Of a stretch of DNA of 64,000 nucleotides, positions 38,541 through 47,768 are shown piece by piece. The position numbers and the translations under genes were made by a program. The DNA lies in contig JBBRDA010000001.1 in assembly GCA_038204335.1 (NCBI GenBank), forward strand, positions 12,468 to 76,467, read 5' to 3'. This DNA is from Burkholderiales bacterium (GTDB taxonomy: Bacteria > Pseudomonadota > Gammaproteobacteria > Burkholderiales > Burkholderiaceae_C). The notes beneath the pieces were generated by a model that did not search any database, had not been told where the DNA came from, and saw nothing but the letters and a program-made list of their open reading frames with translations. How positions within the stretch are numbered: the first letter of the stretch is position 1; every line of letters begins with the position of its first letter.

Positions 38541-38639
38541 GCTTAGCGTTGCAGCCTTTTGAAAAGTAGATTTTCAGTTGATTTCAAGTCTCGAGCTTAT
38601 TAAATAAGCCTTTCGCTACATAAGTTGCAGCATCGATAG

Positions 38640-39215
38640 CTACGTTCTAAATAGCGCCGCATTCACCCCCTGCGGACTCCGCACATACCCAAACCGCCCC
38701 TGCAAATCCTTAGCCAGCACCTCCTGCGGCACCCACAACCCGCGCTCAATCGCGTCTGCCGCTTGCAGCATGTCTTGCGTGTGCACCAAGCCAAAGCCTA
38801 GGGCCGGTTCAAAAAACACGCGGCCGTGTTCGTCGATGAAGCAGCGCTGGGTGATGGCGACTTGGCCGTCGTGGGCGGTTACGTCAAAGTCTGGCTCGCC
38901 AGCTACGCGCCAGATGTAGGGCGTGGCCTCTAGCTCGACATACACGCGCTGCGGGCCGTTTTGAAAAAACCAATGGCCTTGCGCGTTGCAGGCGTAATTG
39001 CGCTGAATAAACTCGATCAGCTTGTCGTGCTTGAGCATGGAGCCTTTGCTGGCCATCTGCCTGCCGGGCTCGGTAGATGGCGCGCAAAAAGGCCCCGCTG
39101 CCTGGGCTTGGTCGTCGCGCATGTACCAGTTGCCGCGTGCATCTAACCCGAGCCAGCCGTAGCAGTCAGGCACATTCGGCCATTTCAACAGGGCCGCTTT
39201 AACAATGTCATCCAT
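38640..39215 (-). CDS. Conserved hypothetical protein
   Basis: 191 aa ORF with typical codon usage (WPNVPDCYGWLGLDARGNWYMR motif). Family not confidently recognised. Confidence 0.5.
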   Translation of the reverse strand: MDDIVKAALLKWPNVPDCYGWLGLDARGNWYMRDDQAQAAGPFCAPSTEPGRQMASKGSMLKHDKLIEFIQRNYACNAQGHWFFQNGPQRVYVELEATPYIWRVAGEPDFDVTAHDGQVAITQRCFIDEHGRVFFEPALGFGLVHTQDMLQAADAIERGLWVPQEVLAKDLQGRFGYVRSPQGVNAALFRT

Positions 39216-39362
39216 ATGTGCACTTCAATAAATTCATTTTTCAGGCGAATTGCCGCGTTGCCTGGTGCTCGCAATCCTCACGTACCTGAAGTACGTTGCG
39301 GTTGCTGTGCGCCATGCGCCTTGCACTTCATCCTGAAAATCTGAATTTCTAGAAGTGCACAT
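39216..39362. repeat. 147-bp element with ~30 bp imperfect terminal inverted repeats (MITE-like)
   Basis: ATGTGCACTTCAATAAATTCATTTTTCAGG ... CCTGAAAATCTGAATTTCTAGAAGTGCACAT. Internal ACGTAC-CTGAA-GTACGT hairpin. Fills most of the intergenic gap (39216-39371). Confidence 0.55.
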
Positions 39363-39371
39363 GCGTTAATT

Positions 39372-40340
39372 TTAAAGTTGCGCCGCTAAAAACCCGGTCA
39401 CGGCCTCTGGCATGGCCCGCACATCTGCGGGGAATGGTCCTGACGGAAAACCGACGTGGCCGCCCTGCTCGGGTTGCCACAGCGTCACGCTGCTGCTGGC
39501 GTCCGCTGCGGTGGGCAGGCTCCAAGCGGGGATGAAAGGGTCATTGATGGCGTTCAGAGCCAGCGCAGGCACCCGAATGCGGTGCAGGTGCGGCTTGGCG
39601 GAGGCGCGTTTCCAGTAGTCGTCGGTGTCTTTAAAGCCGTGCAGGGGCGCGGTGACGATGTTGTCAAACGCGTACAGGTCGCGCGCAGCCAGCAGGGCGT
39701 TGCGGTCAAACAGGCCGGGGTGCTGGTCGAGCTTTTGCAGCGCCTTGGGCACCATGCTGCGCAAAAACATGCGGGTGTAAACCAGCCGATTAAAGCCGCG
39801 GCCAATCGCCCAGCCGCTGGCCGCTAAATCCAGCGGCGAACAAACCGACGCCACGCCAGATACCACCGACGCAGCACTGCTGCCCATTTCACCTGCCCAG
39901 CGCATCAACGCGTTGCCGCCCAGCGATATGCCAACGGCCAGCACTGGCCCCGTATGCTGCGCCTTGAAGCGTCGCAAAATCCAGTCGATCTCTTCAAAAT
40001 CGCCTGAATGGTAGGCGCGCGGGCCGTGGTTCAACTCGCCCGAGCAGCCCCTGAAATGCGGCACCGCACAGGCCCAGCCGCGGTTTTTTGCTGCGTCGGT
40101 CAAGGCCTCCGCATAGTGACTACCAGACGAGCCTTCAAGACCGTGAAATATAACTAAAAGAGGATCTGATGGTTGACTTGGGTGTTCAGCAAAATCAACA
40201 TCCACAAAATCATTGTCTGGCGTTACCCAGCGCTCACGCCTAAAGCTTGGCGCGCCGCCCACATAGCGCTCGGCACGCAGCGCGGCCCAAATGGTTTGCA
40301 AATTGCCGCCGGGTAGCCACCAGGGCGCTTCGTATTTCAT
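39372..40340 (-). CDS. Alpha/beta hydrolase (YheT-like)
   Basis: HGLEGSS..., GISLGGN nucleophile elbow, 322 aa. Confidence 0.7.
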   Translation of the reverse strand: MKYEAPWWLPGGNLQTIWAALRAERYVGGAPSFRRERWVTPDNDFVDVDFAEHPSQPSDPLLVIFHGLEGSSGSHYAEALTDAAKNRGWACAVPHFRGCSGELNHGPRAYHSGDFEEIDWILRRFKAQHTGPVLAVGISLGGNALMRWAGEMGSSAASVVSGVASVCSPLDLAASGWAIGRGFNRLVYTRMFLRSMVPKALQKLDQHPGLFDRNALLAARDLYAFDNIVTAPLHGFKDTDDYWKRASAKPHLHRIRVPALALNAINDPFIPAWSLPTAADASSSVTLWQPEQGGHVGFPSGPFPADVRAMPEAVTGFLAAQL

Positions 40341-40370
40341 AGCTGCTTGCGCCCGTAATGATTGGGTTAA
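40340..40370 (+). repeat. Dispersed repeat, core-only copy filling an intergenic gap
   Basis: TAGCTGCTTGCGCCCGTAATGATTGGGTTAA, lying between the start of the hydrolase gene and the stop of the SnoaL gene. Confidence 0.7.
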
Positions 40371-40813
40371 TGCAGCACTTGCGGGCTGTCATTGACCTCC
40401 AGCATCTCGCGCGGGGTACCGGGGCTGGCGTGGTGCGCCACCATGCGCCAGCCTAACGGCGTTTTTTGGTACACGTTGGTGGCAATCACATAGGCATGGC
40501 GCGGGCCTTCTTCGGTCAGCACCTCAATGCGCTCCAACACGCTGTGCACGCTGGCGCCTAGTGAATCGACCCTATGCACCTTTTCAGCGCGGACCTGAAT
40601 GCTGCCATTGGTAAACATGGTGTCAAACGCCGCGCGGATCGCGCCCGCACCCAGCAGCCGTGCGCCGCCGGGGTGGACGCACACGATATCGTCTTCATCG
40701 GCCCAGCAGGCCATCAGTTTGTCAATGTCCCCGTGCTGCATGGCTTCATAAAAAAGCGCCTCGGTGTCGTCGGGGCTGCTGCTGTCTGCGGGTGGGGTTT
40801 TGGGTTTGCGCAT
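40367..40813 (-). CDS. SnoaL/NTF2-like (DUF4440-type) protein
   Basis: 148 aa. FYEAMQHGDIDKLMACWADEDDIVCVHPGG pattern of NTF2-fold proteins. Confidence 0.6.
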   Translation of the reverse strand: MRKPKTPPADSSSPDDTEALFYEAMQHGDIDKLMACWADEDDIVCVHPGGARLLGAGAIRAAFDTMFTNGSIQVRAEKVHRVDSLGASVHSVLERIEVLTEEGPRHAYVIATNVYQKTPLGWRMVAHHASPGTPREMLEVNDSPQVLH

Positions 40814-40819
40814 GGTGGG

Positions 40820-41614
40820 CTAAACGGTGTTTTGTTGCGGGGCAATGCTGTGAGGGCCATTAAGCCACGCTTGTACGACTTGCAGGGTGTTCAGGCCTTC
40901 GGCAGCGCGCCACAGCAGCTCGGGCGACGCCACATGCGTGCCGACCGGCAACTGGTGAATGGCGATGTCAATGAATTCTGCCAGCTTGCTAGGCCGCACC
41001 GGTTGCTCGGTGGCGGGGATCATGTAGCTCAGGGTGGACAGCATCCAGGCGGCCGTTTTGTTCAACATGCCTTTTGCAGCGGCGGGCGCTGCTTTTTGGG
41101 CAGATCGCACCAGCAGCAAGCGGTCAAAACCCAAGGCGGCCAGGGCTTGTTCGTCCAAGTTGGCCAGGCCGCGCTTGACGGCATAAGGCAGGCGGCCCTG
41201 CGCGTGCGGCACCACCACGACCAGCGTGTGCACGCCGCAGCGCCTGAGCCACTGCGCCAGCGCCAGCAGTTGCGCGGGTGCGGGCGTCCAAAGCGCGCGC
41301 TCACGCTCGTAGTACAGGCGCGGCGGCTCAAACATCACCACCCCAACATCTGCGTCGTGTCCGTCTGGCATGGGCTGCCAAGCCGCAAGGTCGCTAACTA
41401 CTTCATGAATGCTGACTTGCGCCAAGCCGGTGGCCATCGGCTCTTTGGCCAGCACCCGGGTTTGGGCAAAGCGGCTACTGCCTGCCAGGCGGCGCAGTAC
41501 CTCATTGCCCAGCACGCCGGTGGCACCCGCCACGATGAGGCGGGGTTTGGCTGCAGCTACGCGCGGCCCCGGTTGCCATGCGGCGCGCAGTGCGGTGGTG
41601 GGTTCTATGCTCAT
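40820..41614 (-). CDS. NAD(P)H-binding Rossmann-fold protein
   Basis: GATGVLG dinucleotide-binding motif near the N-terminus. 264 aa. Confidence 0.5.
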   Translation of the reverse strand: MSIEPTTALRAAWQPGPRVAAAKPRLIVAGATGVLGNEVLRRLAGSSRFAQTRVLAKEPMATGLAQVSIHEVVSDLAAWQPMPDGHDADVGVVMFEPPRLYYERERALWTPAPAQLLALAQWLRRCGVHTLVVVVPHAQGRLPYAVKRGLANLDEQALAALGFDRLLLVRSAQKAAPAAAKGMLNKTAAWMLSTLSYMIPATEQPVRPSKLAEFIDIAIHQLPVGTHVASPELLWRAAEGLNTLQVVQAWLNGPHSIAPQQNTV

Positions 41615-41698
41615 TAATTTATAGCTGCTTGCGCCCGTATTTATTGGCTAAAAGGCATATTTGATACCTGAAAAGGGATGATTTTAGGCATTTTTAGA
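41615..41698 (+). repeat. Dispersed ~68 bp repeat, full copy with reiterated TTTTAGG end
   Basis: TAATTTATAGCTGCTTGCGCCCGTATTTATTGGCTAAAAGGCATATTTGATACCTGAAAAGGG, then ATTTTAGGCATTTTTAGAG. Confidence 0.8.
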
Positions 41699-41718
41699 GA
41701 GTTTTTGGGTCAACCAGC

Positions 41719-42396
41719 CTAAGCAGGCAGCCGCCAAACGCTGTTACCACCCGCCGCATACAGCTGCACACCGGGCTGGGCCACGACGGCATGGCCGCCG
41801 GTAAATTCGCCAAACGCGGGCAGTATCGCGCTGCGCGCGCCGAACACAAAGCACGGCAAGCGCAGCCGGTCGCGCGCCGGGCCTTGCAATTGCACCACCG
41901 GGTGGGTATGCCCAGCCAGCACGGCATGGGTGGGATGCGTTTGCGGATGGTGGCAGGCTGCAAATTGACAGTCGGGCGGCCCTACCAAATACGGCTCATC
42001 GACCACGCTGATGTTCAAGTTGGCGGGTGGGTCGCCCGCCCGGCTGTCGTGGTTACCGCGTACCAAGGTGCAATCGAGGTCGGCATGACCTTGCCGCCAA
42101 CGCTCAAGCTCACTGAAGACGGATGCAGTTCGGGCTTGCGCAGCATGCAAAAAGTCCCCCAGAAAAACCAGTTGCGCAGGCTGGTAATGGTCGATCAGCT
42201 GGCTCAGGCGGCGCAAGTTTTCAAGCGTGGTGCCGCTGGGCACCGGCTGGCCGAGGGCTCGGTAGGTGGCGGCTTTACCCAAGTGCAGGTCAGCCACAAA
42301 CAAGATGCGGCAGTCAGGCCACCACAGTGCGTGTTCGGGCAGCAGCCATATGGTTTGGCCGGCGTAGCTAATGGGAAGCGGTTTACCAAGGCTCAT
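41719..42396 (-). CDS. pdeM: Ligase-associated DNA damage response metallophosphoesterase PdeM
   Basis: ADLHLGK, GDFLH and GNHD metallophosphoesterase motifs. ATGA overlap with the upstream Lhr-type helicase. Confidence 0.75.
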   Translation of the reverse strand: MSLGKPLPISYAGQTIWLLPEHALWWPDCRILFVADLHLGKAATYRALGQPVPSGTTLENLRRLSQLIDHYQPAQLVFLGDFLHAAQARTASVFSELERWRQGHADLDCTLVRGNHDSRAGDPPANLNISVVDEPYLVGPPDCQFAACHHPQTHPTHAVLAGHTHPVVQLQGPARDRLRLPCFVFGARSAILPAFGEFTGGHAVVAQPGVQLYAAGGNSVWRLPA

Positions 42397-45032
42397 CAGA
42401 CACGCCGCCTTGCCGTGCGCACGCGTTTGGCCGACGGCGGTAGCGTGTCTTTACCTAGTGCAAGCGCCTGACCAATTTCTAGCACGTCGGAAACAGACGC
42501 GTCACCCCCCGCATCCTTTTCAAGCTGCTGCACCATGCGGGCAATGCGGTCGGCCATGCTTTCGTTGCTGAGCTTTTCGCGCAGGCGCTCGACCATCAAC
42601 GGGAACGAAAACGGTGTGGGCCGCACCACTGTTTTGATGACCAGTTGCTGGGCCGCCATGCGCGCCAAGCTGCCCTGCAGGCGGGCAATGTCCAGCTCTT
42701 CAGCCAGCAGCTCGGCTTTGGCTTGTACCAGCAGCTGGTTGCCGGGGTCGTACTTGCGAAACACTTCATAAAACAAACTCGACGAGGCCTGCAATTGCTT
42801 GTTGCTGCGCTTCTCACCGGGGTAGCCCTGAAACACCAGCCCAGAAACCCGGGCGATTTCACGAAATCGCCTTTGCGCCAGCTCGCCAGCATTCAGGCTG
42901 GCCAGCACTTCATCTAAAAGCATAGCTGCTTGCGCCGGATTTATAAGGGCTGCGAGCAGATTTGACCAGTCAACAGGCTCTGCGCAAAGCAGCTCAAAGC
43001 CGTAGTCGTTGACCGCGATGGAGAACGTGCGCGGTGCGACTTGCGCCGCCCGCCAGGCCAGCAAACTGGCCAGCCCCAGATGCACATTGCGCCCGGCAAA
43101 CGGGTACAAAAACAGGTGCGTTCCGTCACGCGAGGTGTGCACCTCCGCCAGCAGCGTCGTAGGTGTCGGCAGCGCAGACCATTGCTGCTGCAATTGAAGC
43201 AGCGGTTTGACGCGCTTGAGTTCTGGGCAGTTGTATTGGCCATCGGCGGCCAAAGCCAGTTGCTGCACCATGCTGGCCGCCAACGTGGTGGACAGCGGCA
43301 TGCGCCCGCCGCTCCAGCGCGGCACGGCCGCCCGCTTGCCGCTGGCCTTGCGCACCCAGGCCGTCATCTCATGAATACGCACCAGCTCCAGCAGCCTGCC
43401 GCCAAAGTTAAAACAGTCACCGGGTTTTAGCCGCGCGGCAAAGCTTTCTTCAACACTGCCCACTTTTGCGCCATTGACATATTGCACAGCCATGCTGGCG
43501 TCGCTGACGATGGTGCCAATGTTCATGCGGTGGCGGCGTGCCAGTTGGGCATTGGGTACGCGCCAAACGCCTTGCGCGTCGGGCACAGCGCGCTGGTAGT
43601 CCGGGTAGGCAGCAAGTGACGCGCCGCCTTGGCTGACGAAAGCCAGGCACCAAGCCCAAGCGTCATCGCTTAAGTCGGCATAGGCAGCGGTTCCCCGTAC
43701 TTCTTTTAAAAGCGCATCAGGCTTGAAGCCACCGCCCAGCGCCACAGTCACCAAATGCTGCACCAGCACATCGAGCGGTTGCTGCGGTGACGAACGCGCT
43801 TCGATCTGGCCACTCAGCACTGCGGCGCGCGCTGCAGCGGCTTCAATGATCTCTAAACTGTGAGTCGGCACCAGGGTGATGCGCGACGGCCTGCCGGGTG
43901 CGTGACCCGAGCGCCCTGCCCGTTGCAGCAAACGCGCCACGCCTTTGGGCGAGCCGATTTGCAGCACCCGTTCGACCGGTAAAAAGTCGACGCCCAAGTC
44001 AAGGCTGGACGTACACACCACAGCCCGCAGTTCGCCGCCTTTTAAACCCGCCTCCACCCATTCGCGCACGCCCTTGTCGAGCGAACCATGGTGCAGGGCA
44101 ATCAGCCCAGCCCAGTCAGGCCGCGCCTGCAAAATGGCTTGGTACCAGAGCTCAGACTGCGAACGGGTGTTGGTGAACACGAGGCAAGTGCTGCTCGCAG
44201 CAACCTCGGCAATCACTTGCGGCAGCATCGTCAGCCCCAAATGCCCCGCCCACGGAAAGCGCTGGCAGGCGTCGGGCAACAGCGTGTCGATGACGAGCTT
44301 TTTAGGCGCCTGCCCTTGCACCAGCGTTCCGTCGCCGCGGCCCAGCAGCGTGTGCATGGCCTCGTCTAAATTGCCCAGCGTGGCCGACATGCCCCAAATC
44401 AGGAGAGCCGGGCTGAAAGTCTTTAACCGCACCAATGCCAGTTGGGTTTGCACGCCGCGCTTGTTGCCCATCAGCTCATGCCATTCATCCACCACCACGG
44501 CTTGCACGCTGCCCAGCGCACTTGCTGCATCGGCGCGGGACAGCAGCACCGACAGGCTTTCAGGCGTGGTGACCAGCACCGTGGGCAAGCGGGTGTTTTG
44601 GGCGCTGCGCTCGGCGGCAGACGTGTCGCCGGATCTAGCGCCTAACGTCCAATGCTGAAAAGCACCGTCAGCCAGCAGAGCGTCCAGCGGCACTTGCAAG
44701 GCTCGCTGCGTGTCGGCGGCCAGCGCCCGCATCGGCGTGATCCAGAGCACTGTCAACGGCGCACCCGCAGGCTTTCTTTTTACGCCTGATTGAGGAGCTG
44801 CTTGCGCCCGATTTGATTGGTTGACAGCCAAGAACTGCAACAAAATACCTAACCACACAGCATAGGTTTTGCCAGACCCCGTGGTTGCGTGCAGCAGGCC
44901 CGACTGGCCTTGCGCGATGGCGGCCCACACGTCGCGCTGGAACTTGCTGGGCTTCCAGCCGCGTGCGCTGAACCAATCGGCAACGGCCGCCTTGACGGTG
45001 ATGCGGCGCTGCTGGACTACGGGCAAAGACAT
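42396..45032 (-). CDS. lhr: Ligase-associated DNA damage response DEXH-box helicase (Lhr-core type)
   Basis: Walker A TGSGKT, DEWH box, helicase C motifs QRAGRSGH, long C-terminal DEAD-associated region. Start set at ATG 45032 (the track ORF extends to 45083). Confidence 0.8.
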   Translation of the reverse strand: MSLPVVQQRRITVKAAVADWFSARGWKPSKFQRDVWAAIAQGQSGLLHATTGSGKTYAVWLGILLQFLAVNQSNRAQAAPQSGVKRKPAGAPLTVLWITPMRALAADTQRALQVPLDALLADGAFQHWTLGARSGDTSAAERSAQNTRLPTVLVTTPESLSVLLSRADAASALGSVQAVVVDEWHELMGNKRGVQTQLALVRLKTFSPALLIWGMSATLGNLDEAMHTLLGRGDGTLVQGQAPKKLVIDTLLPDACQRFPWAGHLGLTMLPQVIAEVAASSTCLVFTNTRSQSELWYQAILQARPDWAGLIALHHGSLDKGVREWVEAGLKGGELRAVVCTSSLDLGVDFLPVERVLQIGSPKGVARLLQRAGRSGHAPGRPSRITLVPTHSLEIIEAAAARAAVLSGQIEARSSPQQPLDVLVQHLVTVALGGGFKPDALLKEVRGTAAYADLSDDAWAWCLAFVSQGGASLAAYPDYQRAVPDAQGVWRVPNAQLARRHRMNIGTIVSDASMAVQYVNGAKVGSVEESFAARLKPGDCFNFGGRLLELVRIHEMTAWVRKASGKRAAVPRWSGGRMPLSTTLAASMVQQLALAADGQYNCPELKRVKPLLQLQQQWSALPTPTTLLAEVHTSRDGTHLFLYPFAGRNVHLGLASLLAWRAAQVAPRTFSIAVNDYGFELLCAEPVDWSNLLAALINPAQAAMLLDEVLASLNAGELAQRRFREIARVSGLVFQGYPGEKRSNKQLQASSSLFYEVFRKYDPGNQLLVQAKAELLAEELDIARLQGSLARMAAQQLVIKTVVRPTPFSFPLMVERLREKLSNESMADRIARMVQQLEKDAGGDASVSDVLEIGQALALGKDTLPPSAKRVRTARRRV
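42922..42949 (+). repeat. Dispersed-repeat core inside lhr coding sequence
   Basis: ATAGCTGCTTGCGCCGGATTTATAAGGG, translated in frame as LINPAQAAM. Confidence 0.6.
44795..44822 (+). repeat. Dispersed-repeat core inside lhr coding sequence
   Basis: GAGCTGCTTGCGCCCGATTTGATTGGTT, translated in frame as [10 protein letters not shown] just after the Walker A region. Confidence 0.7.
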
Positions 45033-45076
45033 GCGACTATGGTAATGTGATGGCTTGTTTTTTGAGGAGACTGCCC

Positions 45077-45682
45077 ATGACATCCCGTTTTTTAAATCTG
45101 TTGTTGATCGGCCTGGTGGCCAGTGTGCTTTCGGGCTGCGGCTACAACCAGTTTCAGTCGCTTGACGAGCAAACCAAGTCGGCCTGGGCGGAGGTGCTGA
45201 ACCAGTACCAGCGCCGCGCTGACCTGGTGCCGAACATTGTGGCCACCGTCAAAGGCGAAGCAGCTTTTGAACAAGACACGCTGACCAAAGTGGTGGAGGC
45301 GCGCGCCAAGGCCACGTCGATTCAGGTCACGCCTGAGACCCTGAACAACCCAGAGGCTTTCAAGAAGTTCCAGGCGGCCCAGGGCGAACTCAGCGGGGCT
45401 TTGTCGCGCCTGCTGGTGGTGACCGAGAACTACCCCAACCTGAAGGCCAACCAGGGCTTTCAGGACCTCCGGGTGCAGCTAGAAGGCTCCGAGAACCGTA
45501 TCACCGTGGCACGTAACCGTTACATCAAGACTGTGCAGGACTACAACATCCTGGCGCGCAGCTTCCCCAACAACCTGACGGCCATGATTTTTGGCTACAG
45601 CGTCAAGCCCAACTTCACGGTAGAAAACGAAGCGCAAATCAGCAAGCCGCCAGCCGTGAACTTTGAGAAAAAGCAGCCCTGA
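45077..45682 (+). CDS. lemA: LemA-family lipoprotein
   Basis: Lipobox VLSGCGY and the typical LemA body ([30 protein letters not shown]). GAGGAG SD before ATG 45077. Confidence 0.85.
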   Translation: MTSRFLNLLLIGLVASVLSGCGYNQFQSLDEQTKSAWAEVLNQYQRRADLVPNIVATVKGEAAFEQDTLTKVVEARAKATSIQVTPETLNNPEAFKKFQAAQGELSGALSRLLVVTENYPNLKANQGFQDLRVQLEGSENRITVARNRYIKTVQDYNILARSFPNNLTAMIFGYSVKPNFTVENEAQISKPPAVNFEKKQP

Positions 45683-45720
45683 ACCTGCTGAAATGGCTAA
45701 AAGAAGGTCAAAAATGACCG

Positions 45721-45787
45721 TTTTTAGGTGTCAAATATGCCTTTAGCCCAATGGATACGGGCGCAAGCAGCTACTTTTTTGATAGCG
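45721..45787 (-). repeat. Dispersed ~68 bp repeat, full copy overlapping the 5' end of the TPM gene
   Basis: TTTTTAGGTGTCAAATATGCCTTTAGCCCAATGGATACGGGCGCAAGCAGCTACTTTTTTGATAGCG. Confidence 0.85.
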
Positions 45788-46645
45788 TTGATAGCCTGCA
45801 CAACTGGCCTCGCTTGGGCGCAAGACCTGCAAGCCATACCGCCATTGAGTGCCAGGGTCATCGACACCAGCGGCACGCTGGACGCTGGGCAAAAGCAGGC
45901 ACTCGAGGCCAAGCTGGCAGCGTTTGAGGAAGCCCGGGGCGCGCAGATCGTCATTTTGATGGTACCCACCACCCTGCCCGAAGACATCACCGACTACGCC
46001 CAGAGGGTCGGCGACGACTGGAAGATTGGCCGAAAGGACATTGGGGACGGCCTGCTACTGGTGGTCGCTAAAAACGACCGCAAAGTACGCATCGCCACGA
46101 CCAAAACGCTGGAAGGCGCGATACCCGACCTGGCGGCGAATCAAATCATCACCAACGCCATCACGCCGCGCTTTAGGCAGGGCGACTTTGCGGGCGGGCT
46201 AGACGCGGCAGCAGACCAGATCATGGCGCGCATCAGCGGCGAAAACCTGCCAGAGCCCGCGACTGATAAGGCCAAGGGCGGCCAATCGGGCTTTCAATGG
46301 ATGGACATGGCTTTGTTTTTGTTTTTTGCCGTGCCGATTGGCGCGCGGGTACTGGGGGCCATCATCGGGCGTAAGGCGGGCTCTGTAGCCACCGGCGGCG
46401 TAGTGGGCGGGTTGGCCTGGCTGCTTACCGGCAGCCTTTTGTTGGCCGCGGGCGCAGCTCTGGTCGGGATTGTTTTTGCGCTGATATCGAGCGTGGTCTC
46501 AGTCGCCAGCGGCTCACGCGGCCGCGGCGGCTGGAGCAGTGGTGGCTTTGGCGGCGGTGGGGGGTTCGGCGGCGGGGGCGGTGGTGGCTTTAGCAGTGGC
46601 GGCGGTGGTAACTTTGGCGGCGGCGGCTCGTCGGGGAGTTGGTGA
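45737..46645 (+). CDS. TPM-domain protein (YgcG-like) with signal peptide, TM segments and Gly-rich tail
   Basis: VIDTSGTLDAGQKQALEAKLAAFE...QIVILMVPT TPM motif and a C-terminal GGGGF repeats tail. Confidence 0.8.
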   Translation: MPLAQWIRAQAATFLIALIACTTGLAWAQDLQAIPPLSARVIDTSGTLDAGQKQALEAKLAAFEEARGAQIVILMVPTTLPEDITDYAQRVGDDWKIGRKDIGDGLLLVVAKNDRKVRIATTKTLEGAIPDLAANQIITNAITPRFRQGDFAGGLDAAADQIMARISGENLPEPATDKAKGGQSGFQWMDMALFLFFAVPIGARVLGAIIGRKAGSVATGGVVGGLAWLLTGSLLLAAGAALVGIVFALISSVVSVASGSRGRGGWSSGGFGGGGGFGGGGGGGFSSGGGGNFGGGGSSGSW

Positions 46646-46649
46646 ACAC

Positions 46650-47180
46650 ATGCTGAGCAAGCTAAAAACCATCATCAAACACCTGTGGCTGGACGCCTCG
46701 GACGCCGAACGCGCCATACCCCCGGACTTGCTGGAGCGGCTGGCTCAGCGTGTGGCTGCCAGTGAGGGCAGACATACCGGGCAGATTCGGATCTATGTAG
46801 AAGCGGCGCTGCCGATGAGCTATGTGTGGCGACTTGGTCAGCAAAGCAGCATGAAGGAGCTAATCCGCCAGCGCGCCGTGATGCTGTTTGGCAAGCTGCG
46901 GGTGTGGGACACCGAGCACAACAATGGCGTGCTGATTTACCTGCAATTGGCAGAGCACGCGATTGAAATCGTGGCCGACAGAGGGGTGAATCGCCGAGTG
47001 TCTGCCAAGCAATGGCAGGCGATAACTGAGCACATGGCCAGCGCATTCAATCAGCGGCAGTTTGAAGATGGCCTGACGCAGGCAATTGGTGAAGTGACCA
47101 GCGTGCTGGTGGCGCATTTCCCGTCAGCACCTGACGGCAAGGCCGCCAACGAGTTGCCTGACGAGCCAGTATTGGGCTGA
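46650..47180 (+). CDS. TPM-domain protein (second member of the LemA-TPM-TPM operon)
   Basis: Start set at ATG 46650, 2 nt after the upstream stop. HTGQIRIYVEAALP motif. Confidence 0.7.
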   Translation: MLSKLKTIIKHLWLDASDAERAIPPDLLERLAQRVAASEGRHTGQIRIYVEAALPMSYVWRLGQQSSMKELIRQRAVMLFGKLRVWDTEHNNGVLIYLQLAEHAIEIVADRGVNRRVSAKQWQAITEHMASAFNQRQFEDGLTQAIGEVTSVLVAHFPSAPDGKAANELPDEPVLG

Positions 47181-47185
47181 TGCGA

Positions 47186-47743
47186 CTACTTGCTCTGCAT
47201 CTTGTGGGCGACGTCTAGCTCTTGCTGGAGCGCACGGCTTAAACCGCCCAAGGTTTTAATTTTGCGATTGGCTTCACGCAGCCTGTCAGACAGCCGCTTT
47301 GAAATGGCCAGCATCAGCCGAGCGGCAACCGGCGCGTCGTCGGTGATGATTTTCAACAATGCGTCGCGCGACAAGATGGCCGCTTTCAAGTCAGTGGTGG
47401 CGGTGCAGGTCGCGGAGCGAGGCGCACCATCAAGAATACCCATCTCACCGAGCATGCTGCCGGGGCCCAAAATGGACATCACCATGCTGTCGTTAGCCGA
47501 GGCGACCTCGTTTTGCACCAGCACCTCCCCGTCGAGGATCAGCATCATGAAGTCGGTATGGCTGGTTGCGCCTTCCTTGATGAAGACAGTGCCCACCGCA
47601 AAGCTCTTGGGCTGCATAAAACCGACCACTACACGTGCGTCAGACTCGCTTAAATCAGCCAGCGCTGTTGGCGTGACCAACAGCTGAGCGGCCTTTTCAC
47701 GGCTGACGTCTTTGTAGGGCTTGGATGTTTTGGAAAACAGCAT
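47186..47743 (-). CDS. Stand-alone cyclic-nucleotide-binding domain protein
   Basis: 185 aa. cNMP-binding beta-barrel motif GSMLGEMGILDGAPRSATCTA. Confidence 0.75.
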   Translation of the reverse strand: MLFSKTSKPYKDVSREKAAQLLVTPTALADLSESDARVVVGFMQPKSFAVGTVFIKEGATSHTDFMMLILDGEVLVQNEVASANDSMVMSILGPGSMLGEMGILDGAPRSATCTATTDLKAAILSRDALLKIITDDAPVAARLMLAISKRLSDRLREANRKIKTLGGLSRALQQELDVAHKMQSK

Positions 47744-47768
47744 GCGGCAATTGTAGGGGGCAACAATC

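Noticed and set aside
40574-41617. 347-aa + strand ORF, and similar long ORFs at 15288-16202 (+), 20769-21683 (+), 29357-30097 (+), 36940-37881 (-), 49942-50850 (+), 51036-51734 (+) and 52654-53337 (+)
   Set aside because: These are shadow ORFs antisense to, or out of frame with, strongly recognisable genes (NAD-binding gene, pufC, bchY, bchI, sigma factor, atpD, atpG, atpA). Their Arg/Ala/Gly/His-rich composition is typical of high-GC non-coding frames, and no family signature was seen.
46500-46645. GGC/GGT-rich low-complexity tract (GGGGF repeats) as a possible contingency or tandem-repeat locus
   Set aside because: It is the usual glycine-rich C-terminal tail of YgcG/TPM-domain proteins. 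It is in frame with imperfect repeat units.
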